This document shows positions 57,101-64,000 of a stretch of DNA of 64,000 bases, piece by piece. Both the position numbers and the translations under genes were made by a program. Origin of the DNA: Candidatus Magasanikiibacteriota bacterium (GTDB lineage Bacteria; Patescibacteriota; Patescibacteriia; Magasanikbacterales; GWA2-37-8); contig JACOYB010000004.1 of assembly GCA_016182085.1 (NCBI GenBank), positions 4,250 through 68,249 of the forward strand. Direction: 5' to 3'. The notes beneath the pieces are model-generated. The model worked only from the letters and a program-made list of their open reading frames with translations. It had not been told where the DNA came from and searched no databases. The number at the start of each line of letters is the position of its first letter. The first letter of the stretch is position 1.

Positions 57101-59904
57101 CTGCCCGCAGACTTTATGCTATAACTGGCAATACAGAAATATTGCAACAAGTAACTCGTTATGCAGATTGGATGGAACAGCACGCCTATTTTGATGCCGG
57201 TGTTGTAGACGATCCATATGCCGGAATAACGGCTGCTTACTATTTGGTTGGTCCTACAGGTCCTTACACTCCGGAAACTCCAAGCGCAGGCGACCTAGAC
57301 CACTGTTTAGATGTTTCAGGAATAGTATCGTTTGCCATTAGCGCCAAACAGCTTCTTGGTCAATCTGCTACTGCGCTTACCGCTCGCCATGCTCAACTAC
57401 GAACTTGCGCGGTATATGCATTTAATGATGCCACTCGCACCACCATTACTCTTCCTAAATATCGCGTAAATCCTCCTCGCAAATTTAATTGGTGGATGCG
57501 TTCTACCCTTGGATATAATGGTCCAACCAGTCCTGTCACTCCTCCACCAACTACTTTAGTAAATGGCGTTTGTGGTTCTGCAAACAACACTACCGTTGCT
57601 TCTGCTCCAACCACCAACCTTTGTTCCGCTGGAACAGCTAGTGCGGTCGCCGGTTCCGGCCCATGGACTTGGTCTTGCGCCGGATCAAATGGCGGCACCA
57701 CTGCCAACTGCAGCGCTCAAAGAACAGCTTCAACTCCGCCAACTAGTTATTCTTTATCCGTATCTCTTGGTGGTAGTGGTACCGTAGTTTCAACTCCGAC
57801 TGGTATTAACTGTGGCGCTGCCTGTACTGCCAACTTTACGAGCGGTACTTCGGTTACTCTTACCGCAACTCCAGCAACCGGAAATACATTTATTGGTTGG
57901 AGCGGTGGAGTTTGTAGCGGTACTGGAACCTGTGTCGTTTCAATGACTGCCGTTAGAAGCGTTGGCGCGACATTTGCAGCAAATACTACCCAAACTTCCG
58001 TAAGACCTTTGGCTACTGCCAATCCGCGCGTTTTGTTAAATGATGCTACGACCGTATCAAGATTACAAAATGCTTTGTCTACAAATGCGGCTGGCGCGGC
58101 CAGATTTAGAACCATGGTAAACAATGAACTTGCAAGTCCGGGCACAAACTATGCCTTCCAAGGATGGTTTGCCGCTTTAATGTATCGTCTCACCGGTACA
58201 GCGAGCTATGGAACCTTTGCCGTAAATAAAGTAGATACATTTGTTAATGCCGAAATGGCCAGAATAAACGCCGGCCAACGTCCGCTTGTCGCTGGTGATA
58301 GTTTCTTAGAAGTGGGAGATATGGTCGGCGATGTGGCCCTTGTATATGACTGGGCAAACAATTTACTTACTCCAGCTCAAAAGACAACCTGGGTTAACTA
58401 CATGAATTTAGTTTTAAATAATTTATGGGGTAATCCGGACGCAGTTCGTTGGGGCGGAGTTTCTTATCCTTGGTCCGGCTGGTCATTAAATGATCCTTAC
58501 AACAATTATTATTATTCATTCTTGCAAGCCACCATGTTGACTGGTTTAGCTACTTACGGAGATAACCCTCAAGCGCAACAGTGGTTAAATAAATTTTATA
58601 ACGATAAAATCATCGCTCAATTATTGCCAGCCTTCAATATTATGCCAGGCGGCGGATCTCGTGAAGGTACGGGTTATGGCACGGCTCTGGCCAGATTATT
58701 CAAGTTATACTTCTGGTGGGAAAAATCAACCGGTGTAAATATTGCCAACCAAACTCCGCACACTTTGGGCACAATGTTCTGGTTTACCCATTCCATCGTT
58801 CCATCACTTGATAAATTGGTTCCAACCGGCGATCATTCTCGCGATGAAACTGCCGAGTTGTATGATTACCATCGTGATTTACTTCAGAATTTAATTTCTC
58901 TCTATCCAAACGAACAAATTTCTGGAGCGGTAAAACAACTATTGTCCCAGTCCAATGTACAAAGAATGCAGTTTAGCGTAAGTTACTGGTCGGACTTTGT
59001 AAATGATTGGCCATCCATTACTGCCAGACCTTTAACTACTCTTAACACCACCTATTTTGGAACCGGTACTGGCAACTTCTATACCCGTTCTTCTTGGAAT
59101 AATAATGCCATAATGGTACACATGATGGCTGGCCCTTACGACCAAAGCCATGCTCATAGGGATCAAGGTTCAGTTCTGCTTAATTCTGCCGGCGCTTGGT
59201 TATTTGATGATGCAAACCGCCGCTCTTCTAGCGGTATAGAATTAGACGAAGAGATGCATAACTTGGTACGCTTCCGTTCCGGTGGAAGTACTGTCAGACA
59301 AGTAGAAAGCGCTGCCCCATCCGAAGTTTTGGCTTTATCTGATGGAACTTTGTTCTCTTATGAACTGGCCAATACTAAACCGATTTATAACAACAAACCG
59401 GAAGTAGTAAAATCAGAAAGAGAAATGGTCTTTATTAAACAGGGCGCGGTTGTGCTGTTTGATAGATCTGCTGCCAACTCATCTGCGGTTTCCAGAATTT
59501 TCCAGTTACAAATGTCAACCGCTCCGTTTATCTCTGGCAACCGATTAACCTTTACCAGTGGTGCGCAAAGAGCCGATGTGTGGAGACTCTCTCCTGCCAA
59601 TGTTCCATGGACAACCGTGCCTGTATTTAGCGGTCAACGAGCAGAAGCTGTAGACAACAACGGCACTCAATCTTTGTTCCTGCATGTTATAGGTGTAAAC
59701 AGCCAAGTAACATCGGTAATCTCTGATAATACGGCCACCGAAACCGGTGCTCGCATCACCTTTAGTGATGGAACCGTGGCTACCGTACGCTTTAGCAATG
59801 CTGGTCGCGGCGGTACATTAAACATGGTAAGTGCCTCTGGCCAAACCTTGTATAATGCCGCTCTACCTATAACTGTAAATACATTCCCGCAATATCAACA
59901 ATAA
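54145..59904 (+). CDS. Giant (1919 aa) secreted surface protein with a heparinase II/III-like lyase domain
   Basis: Signal peptide. Two ~180-aa carbohydrate-binding-like modules, seven ~55-aa four-Cys repeats (PVNGxCGSANNTTVSxAPTTNLCSSGSASTVAGSGPWTWSCAGSNGGTT), an SH3b-like segment and a B-repeat-like beta domain. C-terminal part has SHAHRDQGSVLL (HxHxDxxS) and surrounding features of heparinase II/III. Confidence 0.8.
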   Translation: MKKRLGFSLLIAAFSLAIYVSFLAPSKVAADSNLVEDPGFETSMSNFEPNQDGTSVSLTSISPINGSRSLVVGTTGYGDSVLWQGRDISTFATKRSNQFTASVRIRSTVGSASEISFCGLVDYATGEGVRNCKEVTGSVGDKGTVNLSFALDNSRDLDRVRVGIFQEGSAALREVLIDDLSVILTGISIGSPAPTPVNGACGSSNNATVASAPTTNLCSSGSASTVAGSGPWTWSCAGSNGGTTASCSAQMISTSNPVNGTCGAANNTQVSSAPTNYLCSSGTASTVSGSGPWTWSCSGTNGGTNSSCSAQTITTQNPVNGVCGSANNTTVSTAPTTGLCSVGSASTVAGSGPWTWSCAGQNGGTTGSCSAQKTISSTPPPVSSANNLIEEPSFETTLSNFEPNQAGTSVNVTNVNPISGARSLSITTGGYGDSILWAGRDISTFTTKRSSQFTGSIRIRSTVASASEISFCGLVDYATGSGVRNCTNVSGSVGDKGTVNLSFALDSARDLDRVRVGIFQEGSSPLRAVMLDDASVVLAGISPPIPVSGACGSSNNTTLSSAPTTNLCASGSPSSVSGSGPWSWTCNGSNGGTTASCTAQRTITQTPVNGVCGSANNTTVSTAPTTNLCSSGSASTVAGSGPWTWSCAGSNGGTTGNCSAQLSGSTTIPPSTRFTIGQRVQTTANLNVRATPNTAGTLLGTQTSGSLGTVTGGPVAQGGYNWWGINYDAGADGYSVENFLTAYSSPNPPPTPPPGGAITYPAFNLNDPADAPLIKFAETWARNWNFEGHNVDPNFSGNSGNWNYTETTYEPWLFDRASVGYYLYKRTTDPTQKARWYQQFLSDFAYYRNHIDSAGIFTPKGYGDTKYSYITPFLLYEKETGDTQYRPIAQRIYNAWMSDFSSTYSPNGNDLWTEREIGLALEAAVSWYEITGDSSALTRANALISQWTVVANAGGGVPLTTVDRHEGGGGTQLITSPWMSGLYFQAARRLYAITGNTEILQQVTRYADWMEQHAYFDAGVVDDPYAGITAAYYLVGPTGPYTPETPSAGDLDHCLDVSGIVSFAISAKQLLGQSATALTARHAQLRTCAVYAFNDATRTTITLPKYRVNPPRKFNWWMRSTLGYNGPTSPVTPPPTTLVNGVCGSANNTTVASAPTTNLCSAGTASAVAGSGPWTWSCAGSNGGTTANCSAQRTASTPPTSYSLSVSLGGSGTVVSTPTGINCGAACTANFTSGTSVTLTATPATGNTFIGWSGGVCSGTGTCVVSMTAVRSVGATFAANTTQTSVRPLATANPRVLLNDATTVSRLQNALSTNAAGAARFRTMVNNELASPGTNYAFQGWFAALMYRLTGTASYGTFAVNKVDTFVNAEMARINAGQRPLVAGDSFLEVGDMVGDVALVYDWANNLLTPAQKTTWVNYMNLVLNNLWGNPDAVRWGGVSYPWSGWSLNDPYNNYYYSFLQATMLTGLATYGDNPQAQQWLNKFYNDKIIAQLLPAFNIMPGGGSREGTGYGTALARLFKLYFWWEKSTGVNIANQTPHTLGTMFWFTHSIVPSLDKLVPTGDHSRDETAELYDYHRDLLQNLISLYPNEQISGAVKQLLSQSNVQRMQFSVSYWSDFVNDWPSITARPLTTLNTTYFGTGTGNFYTRSSWNNNAIMVHMMAGPYDQSHAHRDQGSVLLNSAGAWLFDDANRRSSSGIELDEEMHNLVRFRSGGSTVRQVESAAPSEVLALSDGTLFSYELANTKPIYNNKPEVVKSEREMVFIKQGAVVLFDRSAANSSAVSRIFQLQMSTAPFISGNRLTFTSGAQRADVWRLSPANVPWTTVPVFSGQRAEAVDNNGTQSLFLHVIGVNSQVTSVISDNTATETGARITFSDGTVATVRFSNAGRGGTLNMVSASGQTLYNAALPITVNTFPQYQQ

Positions 59905-59917
59905 AAATATAGCAGTT

Positions 59918-59958
59918 TAAAAACTAAAGGCCGCCCTCCAGGCGGTTTTTAGTTTTGG
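59918..59958 (+). terminator. Rho-independent terminator
   Basis: aaaactaaaGGCCGCC-ctcca-GGCGGtttttagtttt. Confidence 0.7.
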
Positions 59959-59968
59959 TTTAATAGGG

Positions 59969-59997
59969 TTGACAAAGAGGTTCTTGTATGATAATGT
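59969..59997 (+). promoter_or_regulatory. Sigma70-like promoter TTGACA-(15-17)-GATAAT/TAATGT
   Basis: Seen directly, upstream of small GC-rich peptide genes. Confidence 0.45.
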
Positions 59998-60078
59998 CTG
60001 TTATCTTGTATGACTTATAGCGCCTTATTATAGGCGCCTAAAGCCCGCTGCAAGATCAACAACCGGGAGAGTAACTGA

Positions 60079-60219
60079 ATGCTGTTTAGCGCTTCTGATC
60101 TGATTTCTCATCTCTGGCTGGAGGTCAAGGCACAGTCCAAGAAGTCCCTGATCTACGGGATCGTGACTGCGATCCTTCTAGGGCTCGGGGTAAAGTTTGT
60201 GATTTGGCTCTTCTTGTAG
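60079..60219 (+). CDS. Small hydrophobic peptide (46 aa, one TM helix), GC-rich foreign-looking
   Basis: SD GGGAGA; distinct codon usage; followed by 10-bp-stem hairpin terminator. Confidence 0.4.
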   Translation: MLFSASDLISHLWLEVKAQSKKSLIYGIVTAILLGLGVKFVIWLFL

Positions 60220-60249
60220 AAGGTGAGTCAATCGCAACGGTTGTCAGTG

Positions 60250-60287
60250 GCACGGCGGCTCAAGCAGGCCGCCGTGCACCCCATTTT
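60250..60287 (+). terminator. Hairpin terminator GCACGGCGGC-tcaagcag-GCCGCCGTGC + ACCCCATTTT
   Basis: Perfect 10-bp GC stem. Confidence 0.5.
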
Positions 60288-60492
60288 AATATAAATCAAA
60301 AAACTGCCGTAGTAGGCAGTTTTTTGATTATAAAAAATTATGCTTATTCGGCTCTTGAAAAAATGGTTAAATTATGGTAGTATTATCTTTCTTGCATAGT
60401 GCTCGGTGGCACCTTTAGAAAGGTGCGCCAAGCCGGTTGCAAGTGTTCGTAAACAACTAGCGCCCGTATTGTGCGGGTGGAGGAATGGTCGC

Positions 60493-60690
60493 ATGATCAC
60501 CTATGATAAGTGGTACAAGCCGTTTGGTTCCGCGCTCGTGTTTCTGGTCATCGCCGTTACGGCGCTGACCATTGCTCATGGGGATCCAAGTTTCCTGTAT
60601 TCCTTGGGTCAGTGGTGGCAGGAGACCCGCTGTCATCTGATCTCTGGCTTTCCTACGGCCATGTGCCCCTACGCACCGCTGTCGTTCTAA
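60493..60690 (+). CDS. Small membrane protein (65 aa, one TM helix, Cys/Trp-rich tail), GC-rich
   Basis: Strong SD GGAGGAA 8 nt upstream; ORF could extend to 60406. Confidence 0.4.
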   Translation: MITYDKWYKPFGSALVFLVIAVTALTIAHGDPSFLYSLGQWWQETRCHLISGFPTAMCPYAPLSF

Positions 60691-60807
60691 CAGGGGCGAT
60701 GCAGAAGGTTGTTCCACGGATTTATGGGCGAAGCTCTGCGCGAGTCAAGCCCCACGCCTTTTATACATCAATGGTATGGTGTCTAGAAGAAGTGAAATAT
60801 TTTCTAT

Positions 60808-61290
60808 ATGGTTCTTGATAAGAAAAATGAATTAAAGAATTTTATTCTTATTCTTCCCAATATTCGCAGCGGCCACAATGTGGGCGCAATTTTTCGTACG
60901 GCTGATGGCGCGGGCGCAGACAAATTATATCTAACCGGTTATACGCCATGTCCGCCTCATACCCAAGTAGACAAAGTATCGCTGGGAGCGGAAAAATGGA
61001 TGCCGTGGGAATATCACAAGCAAGCCGGAAAATTACTTAAAGAATTAAAGAGAGTAGGGTATAATATAGTGGCTCTTGAACAAACGAAAACCAGCCAGAA
61101 CATATTTAAGTGGAAACCGGTGTTTCCATTGGCGCTGGTTTTAGGAAATGAAAAGACAGGCGTATCCAAAACACTGCTAAAATATTGCGATGAGGCTTTG
61201 GAAATTCCTATGCGCGGAAAGAAAAATAGTTTAAATGTCAGCGTGGCCGCCGGTGTGGCGATGTATCACATTTCAAATTCTAAATACTAA
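60808..61290 (+). CDS. SpoU/TrmH-family RNA 2'-O-methyltransferase
   Basis: ..HNVGAIFRTADGAG.. and ..LVLGNEKTGVS.. SPOUT motifs. Confidence 0.8.
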   Translation: MVLDKKNELKNFILILPNIRSGHNVGAIFRTADGAGADKLYLTGYTPCPPHTQVDKVSLGAEKWMPWEYHKQAGKLLKELKRVGYNIVALEQTKTSQNIFKWKPVFPLALVLGNEKTGVSKTLLKYCDEALEIPMRGKKNSLNVSVAAGVAMYHISNSKY

Positions 61291-61295
61291 ATACA

Positions 61296-62018
61296 ATGCA
61301 ATTCACCATACAACTCTTCAATCATTTGTATAAAAATTTACCGCCACTGGTGCCCGAGTCGGTTGTGTTGGGTATGCAACAGGCGCTTGAAAATTTAGAA
61401 AATAATTCCAATATTAGTCTAGAAGAAATAGAAGACATAATGATTCAGTTTGGTTATCAAGTTTGGGCGTGGAATCAAGCATATAAATACTTTTTGACTG
61501 CAGCCACCGAACAGTTTGGCGATCATTTTTTACTGCCGCGCCTGAGCGATGAGTTGCGCAATAGATACCTATCTTTTCAAACGTATGGCGGTACGTTACA
61601 AGATCTGCATTCTGGGCGTCCGGCATCATTTTTTACGTCCGAGCAGCGAGCTGAACTCTGCGAAAGATTGGTGGAAATGAGACAACATGTAAAGGAATAT
61701 GTAAATAGGGATGTAGTAGGGGTAAACCAAAATTCTTACCTTGCCAAAGTAGAAGAATATAAAGATTTACTGGAAAAAATTAAGTTTAATTTGGAATCCC
61801 TGCGTAATTTTGTGGAAAAGGAAGAAGACGGCTCAACACTAGTTAGTGAAATTAATGCAAAAATTAAAGATTTTGAACATAGTTTATGTTTGCTTGGGTC
61901 AGAAATGGATTATGAGGCGGTGTGTCAGGCCCAAGATTTTTTTGTTGGAAGAAAAGTGGAATTAAGCCGAATGAAGGGTATTAATATTCCTATGCAAATA
62001 GACTTCTTTAATTCTTAA
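61296..62018 (+). CDS. Hypothetical protein
   Basis: ORF only. Confidence 0.4.
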   Translation: MQFTIQLFNHLYKNLPPLVPESVVLGMQQALENLENNSNISLEEIEDIMIQFGYQVWAWNQAYKYFLTAATEQFGDHFLLPRLSDELRNRYLSFQTYGGTLQDLHSGRPASFFTSEQRAELCERLVEMRQHVKEYVNRDVVGVNQNSYLAKVEEYKDLLEKIKFNLESLRNFVEKEEDGSTLVSEINAKIKDFEHSLCLLGSEMDYEAVCQAQDFFVGRKVELSRMKGINIPMQIDFFNS

Positions 62019-62037
62019 GGGACGCGCTTTTGTCTGT

Positions 62038-62760
62038 TTATATTTTCTCCGCTGTTATATAACCTAATTCGCTATTTTCAATATAGCCTTTCCAAAAATC
62101 TTCTCCCATTTTTATTTTTCCTTCATCTGAAATTATTGGTGCATGAGAAGTAATATTTTGAAAGCCAGCTTCCTTAAGTAATTGTTTTATTGTTTCTTCT
62201 TTAAAGTAAGTTGCATGAAGAGATAAAATAAATTTTCCTTGATTGTATAGGTCAATTTGCATGTTTGCCCCATCTATATTCTCATCTAAAGTTTTTTTTG
62301 CTCCAAATTTTTCTAAGTTACTTCCTGAAGGTTTGTCGAAAACTAATACTATTTTGCCATCTGTATTTAATGTATTAAAAAGACGTTGGAAGTAATTAGA
62401 AAGAGTAAGTGTATCAGTGGCATAATTGAGTACAAACGGGCTGTTTATAAAATCAGCTTTGGGTAATTCATCTTTAAAAATATCTGCTAATCTATACTCT
62501 GTTTTTTCAGATTTTATTTTATTTGCAAGTCCGATTTGTTTTTCTGAATTGTCAATACCAATAACTTTTACTGCGCCTTGACTTGCTAGTTGTTCTGTAA
62601 AAAATCCATCTCCACAACCTAAATCTAGTACAGTTTTTCCATCAAGTCGCTCAGCTAATTGTAAAACAGTTGGAAGAATAGAGTATTTTTTATCTGGTTT
62701 TATATCACTTTCACTATATTTCTCTGCTATTTCATTATATCTATTTTCCTGGAAAGGCAT
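62038..62760 (-). CDS. Class I SAM-dependent methyltransferase
   Basis: VLDLGCGDGFFT motif I. Confidence 0.7.
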   Translation of the reverse strand: MPFQENRYNEIAEKYSESDIKPDKKYSILPTVLQLAERLDGKTVLDLGCGDGFFTEQLASQGAVKVIGIDNSEKQIGLANKIKSEKTEYRLADIFKDELPKADFINSPFVLNYATDTLTLSNYFQRLFNTLNTDGKIVLVFDKPSGSNLEKFGAKKTLDENIDGANMQIDLYNQGKFILSLHATYFKEETIKQLLKEAGFQNITSHAPIISDEGKIKMGEDFWKGYIENSELGYITAEKI

Positions 62761-62789
62761 ATTGTAGTTTATTCTAACGTATACTGAAA

Positions 62790-63770
62790 TTAGTTTATCT
62801 CAGTTGGTTTTATAGGAGAGAATTGGGAAATGGTTTTAGCCATTTCTTTTTTGTTTAAAGGTATTTTATCGGAAGAAGCAATAGAAATAACATGGCTGCT
62901 ATTTGCAATACCCCATAGCAATGCAGTATCAATGTCTTCTTTATAGAAGCGCGCGGCTAGATATGCCGCGGAAAACGCATCACCAGCACCGGTTTTGGAT
63001 AGCACTTCTACAGGGAAGCTTTCACAGTGCCAAACTTTGTCTTTATTTCCGGCCCAAGCACCCTTGGCGCTATCGGTAAGGGCGACTTCTTTTGCCCCTA
63101 AGTTCAGCAGACCGTCTATACATGCGCGGATTTTTGCCGGATTAAATTTTGTGTTCAAAATTGCTTCCGCTTCTTCTACGTTTAGAATTAACATATCCGT
63201 ACGGGCAATAACTTGTTTTACCAGCGGAATGTTTTTTAATTGCAGAGAGCCCGGGTTATAAGCCAGATGTATTTGTTTGTGTTTATTTAAAAAATCAAGC
63301 ATTTTTTCTTGGAGTGTTTCATAGCCTTCACTAAGACTTGTATAGTAAACCCAATCTATCTGCGGCAGATCTTCATGAAAATCATATTCTCTTTTTTCAT
63401 GATAGGATAAAATAGTTCTTTCTTTTTTAAAATTCAAGACCACTGAATAGCGAGTGGGGGTTTGCTTGTCTACGGAAACAAGATTGGTATGTACTTTTTG
63501 TTTTTTAAGTTCTTCTTTTACCATTTTGCCGCTGGCATCATCGCCAATTGTCGTAAGAATTGCGGTTTTAAGGCCTAAATTTGCCGTCCCCACCGCCACA
63601 TTGGCAGCATTTCCTCCCAAAGCCTGGAAGCTGTGAGTAATGGGAATCTTAGTGGCGAAATTCAAGCAGAGCTGACAGTTTTCTTGATTAAGGTCGCATT
63701 CAAGCGTGGCATTATCTATAAAAACATGCGTATCAATAAGCGCGTCCCCGATGGTGATGAGATTAAACAT
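62790..63770 (-). CDS. PfkB-family carbohydrate/nucleoside kinase
   Basis: GGNAANVAVG and TGAGDAFSAAYLA motifs. Confidence 0.8.
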   Translation of the reverse strand: MFNLITIGDALIDTHVFIDNATLECDLNQENCQLCLNFATKIPITHSFQALGGNAANVAVGTANLGLKTAILTTIGDDASGKMVKEELKKQKVHTNLVSVDKQTPTRYSVVLNFKKERTILSYHEKREYDFHEDLPQIDWVYYTSLSEGYETLQEKMLDFLNKHKQIHLAYNPGSLQLKNIPLVKQVIARTDMLILNVEEAEAILNTKFNPAKIRACIDGLLNLGAKEVALTDSAKGAWAGNKDKVWHCESFPVEVLSKTGAGDAFSAAYLAARFYKEDIDTALLWGIANSSHVISIASSDKIPLNKKEMAKTISQFSPIKPTEIN

Positions 63771-64000
63771 ATATTAAGGAGTAGTGGGTAAGGTGTAGGG
63801 AGTAGTGAGTGGGTAAAAGTATTTTATTATTACTCTTTACGCCCCACGCCTCACTTTTTTCTTTATTTTTTTTCATCAGATGTCGCGATTGAGTGTTTAT
63901 GTTTGCCGATAATGATTTCTATATATTCTATAGAGCTGCCAACCAGTAGTCCGAGCATGGCCAGTGAAAAGATTTTATTGCCAATCCAAATCGAGTAAGT

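Overview
This window reads as a low-GC (about 38-45%) fragment of a small bacterial genome, most likely Candidate Phyla Radiation (Patescibacteria)-like: genes are compact, there are giant secreted surface proteins, and rpoB-rpoC lack the usual upstream ribosomal-protein genes.

What I can support from the sequence:
- **Copper homeostasis island (1-8572).** A CsoR-family repressor sits behind a perfect palindromic operator. It is followed by an HMA/polytopic-membrane/cupredoxin fusion protein, a CopZ-like chaperone, a CopA P1B-ATPase with two HMA domains, cfa, and a second CopB-like ATPase with a Met/His-rich N-terminus and an unusual CPD transmembrane motif in place of CPC/CPH.
- **Housekeeping genes.** uppP, trhO, a riboflavin kinase, ribE, a malic enzyme, a DsbA/VKOR pair, folB, a CofE-like gene, corA, recA, ftsK, rpoB, rpoC, yebC-ruvC, a SpoU methyltransferase and a PfkB kinase.
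- **tRNA cluster.** Pro(TGG), Phe(GAA) and Ala(TGC) on the minus strand carry insertion scars. A 19-nt duplicate of the tRNA-Pro 3' end lies about 325 bp downstream. A 22-bp direct repeat that duplicates the tRNA-Phe 5' end brackets a 79-aa GIY-YIG nuclease gene.
- **Nested palindromic repeat family.** A MITE/REP-like element built on GTCATTCCCGC-N4-GCGGGAATCCAG occurs in four intergenic copies.
- **Foreign-looking GC-rich mini-cassettes (about 55-62% GC).** Several have strong Shine-Dalgarno sites and their own promoters and terminators, and they encode small proteins of unknown function. They lie at 8817-9305, 30238-30603, 31092-31523 and 60079-60690. Two of them fill the ftsK-rpoB divergent intergenic region.
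- **Unusual large proteins.**
  - A secreted protein with eight tandem Cys-rich modules plus a long coiled coil.
  - A 1712-aa S8 subtilase with cadherin-like and vWA domains.
  - A Memo-like/CapA fusion.
  - A 1919-aa surface protein with CBM-like modules, Cys repeats and a heparinase II/III-like lyase domain.
- **Absences.** No CRISPR array, rRNA, integrase or obvious defence system was seen.
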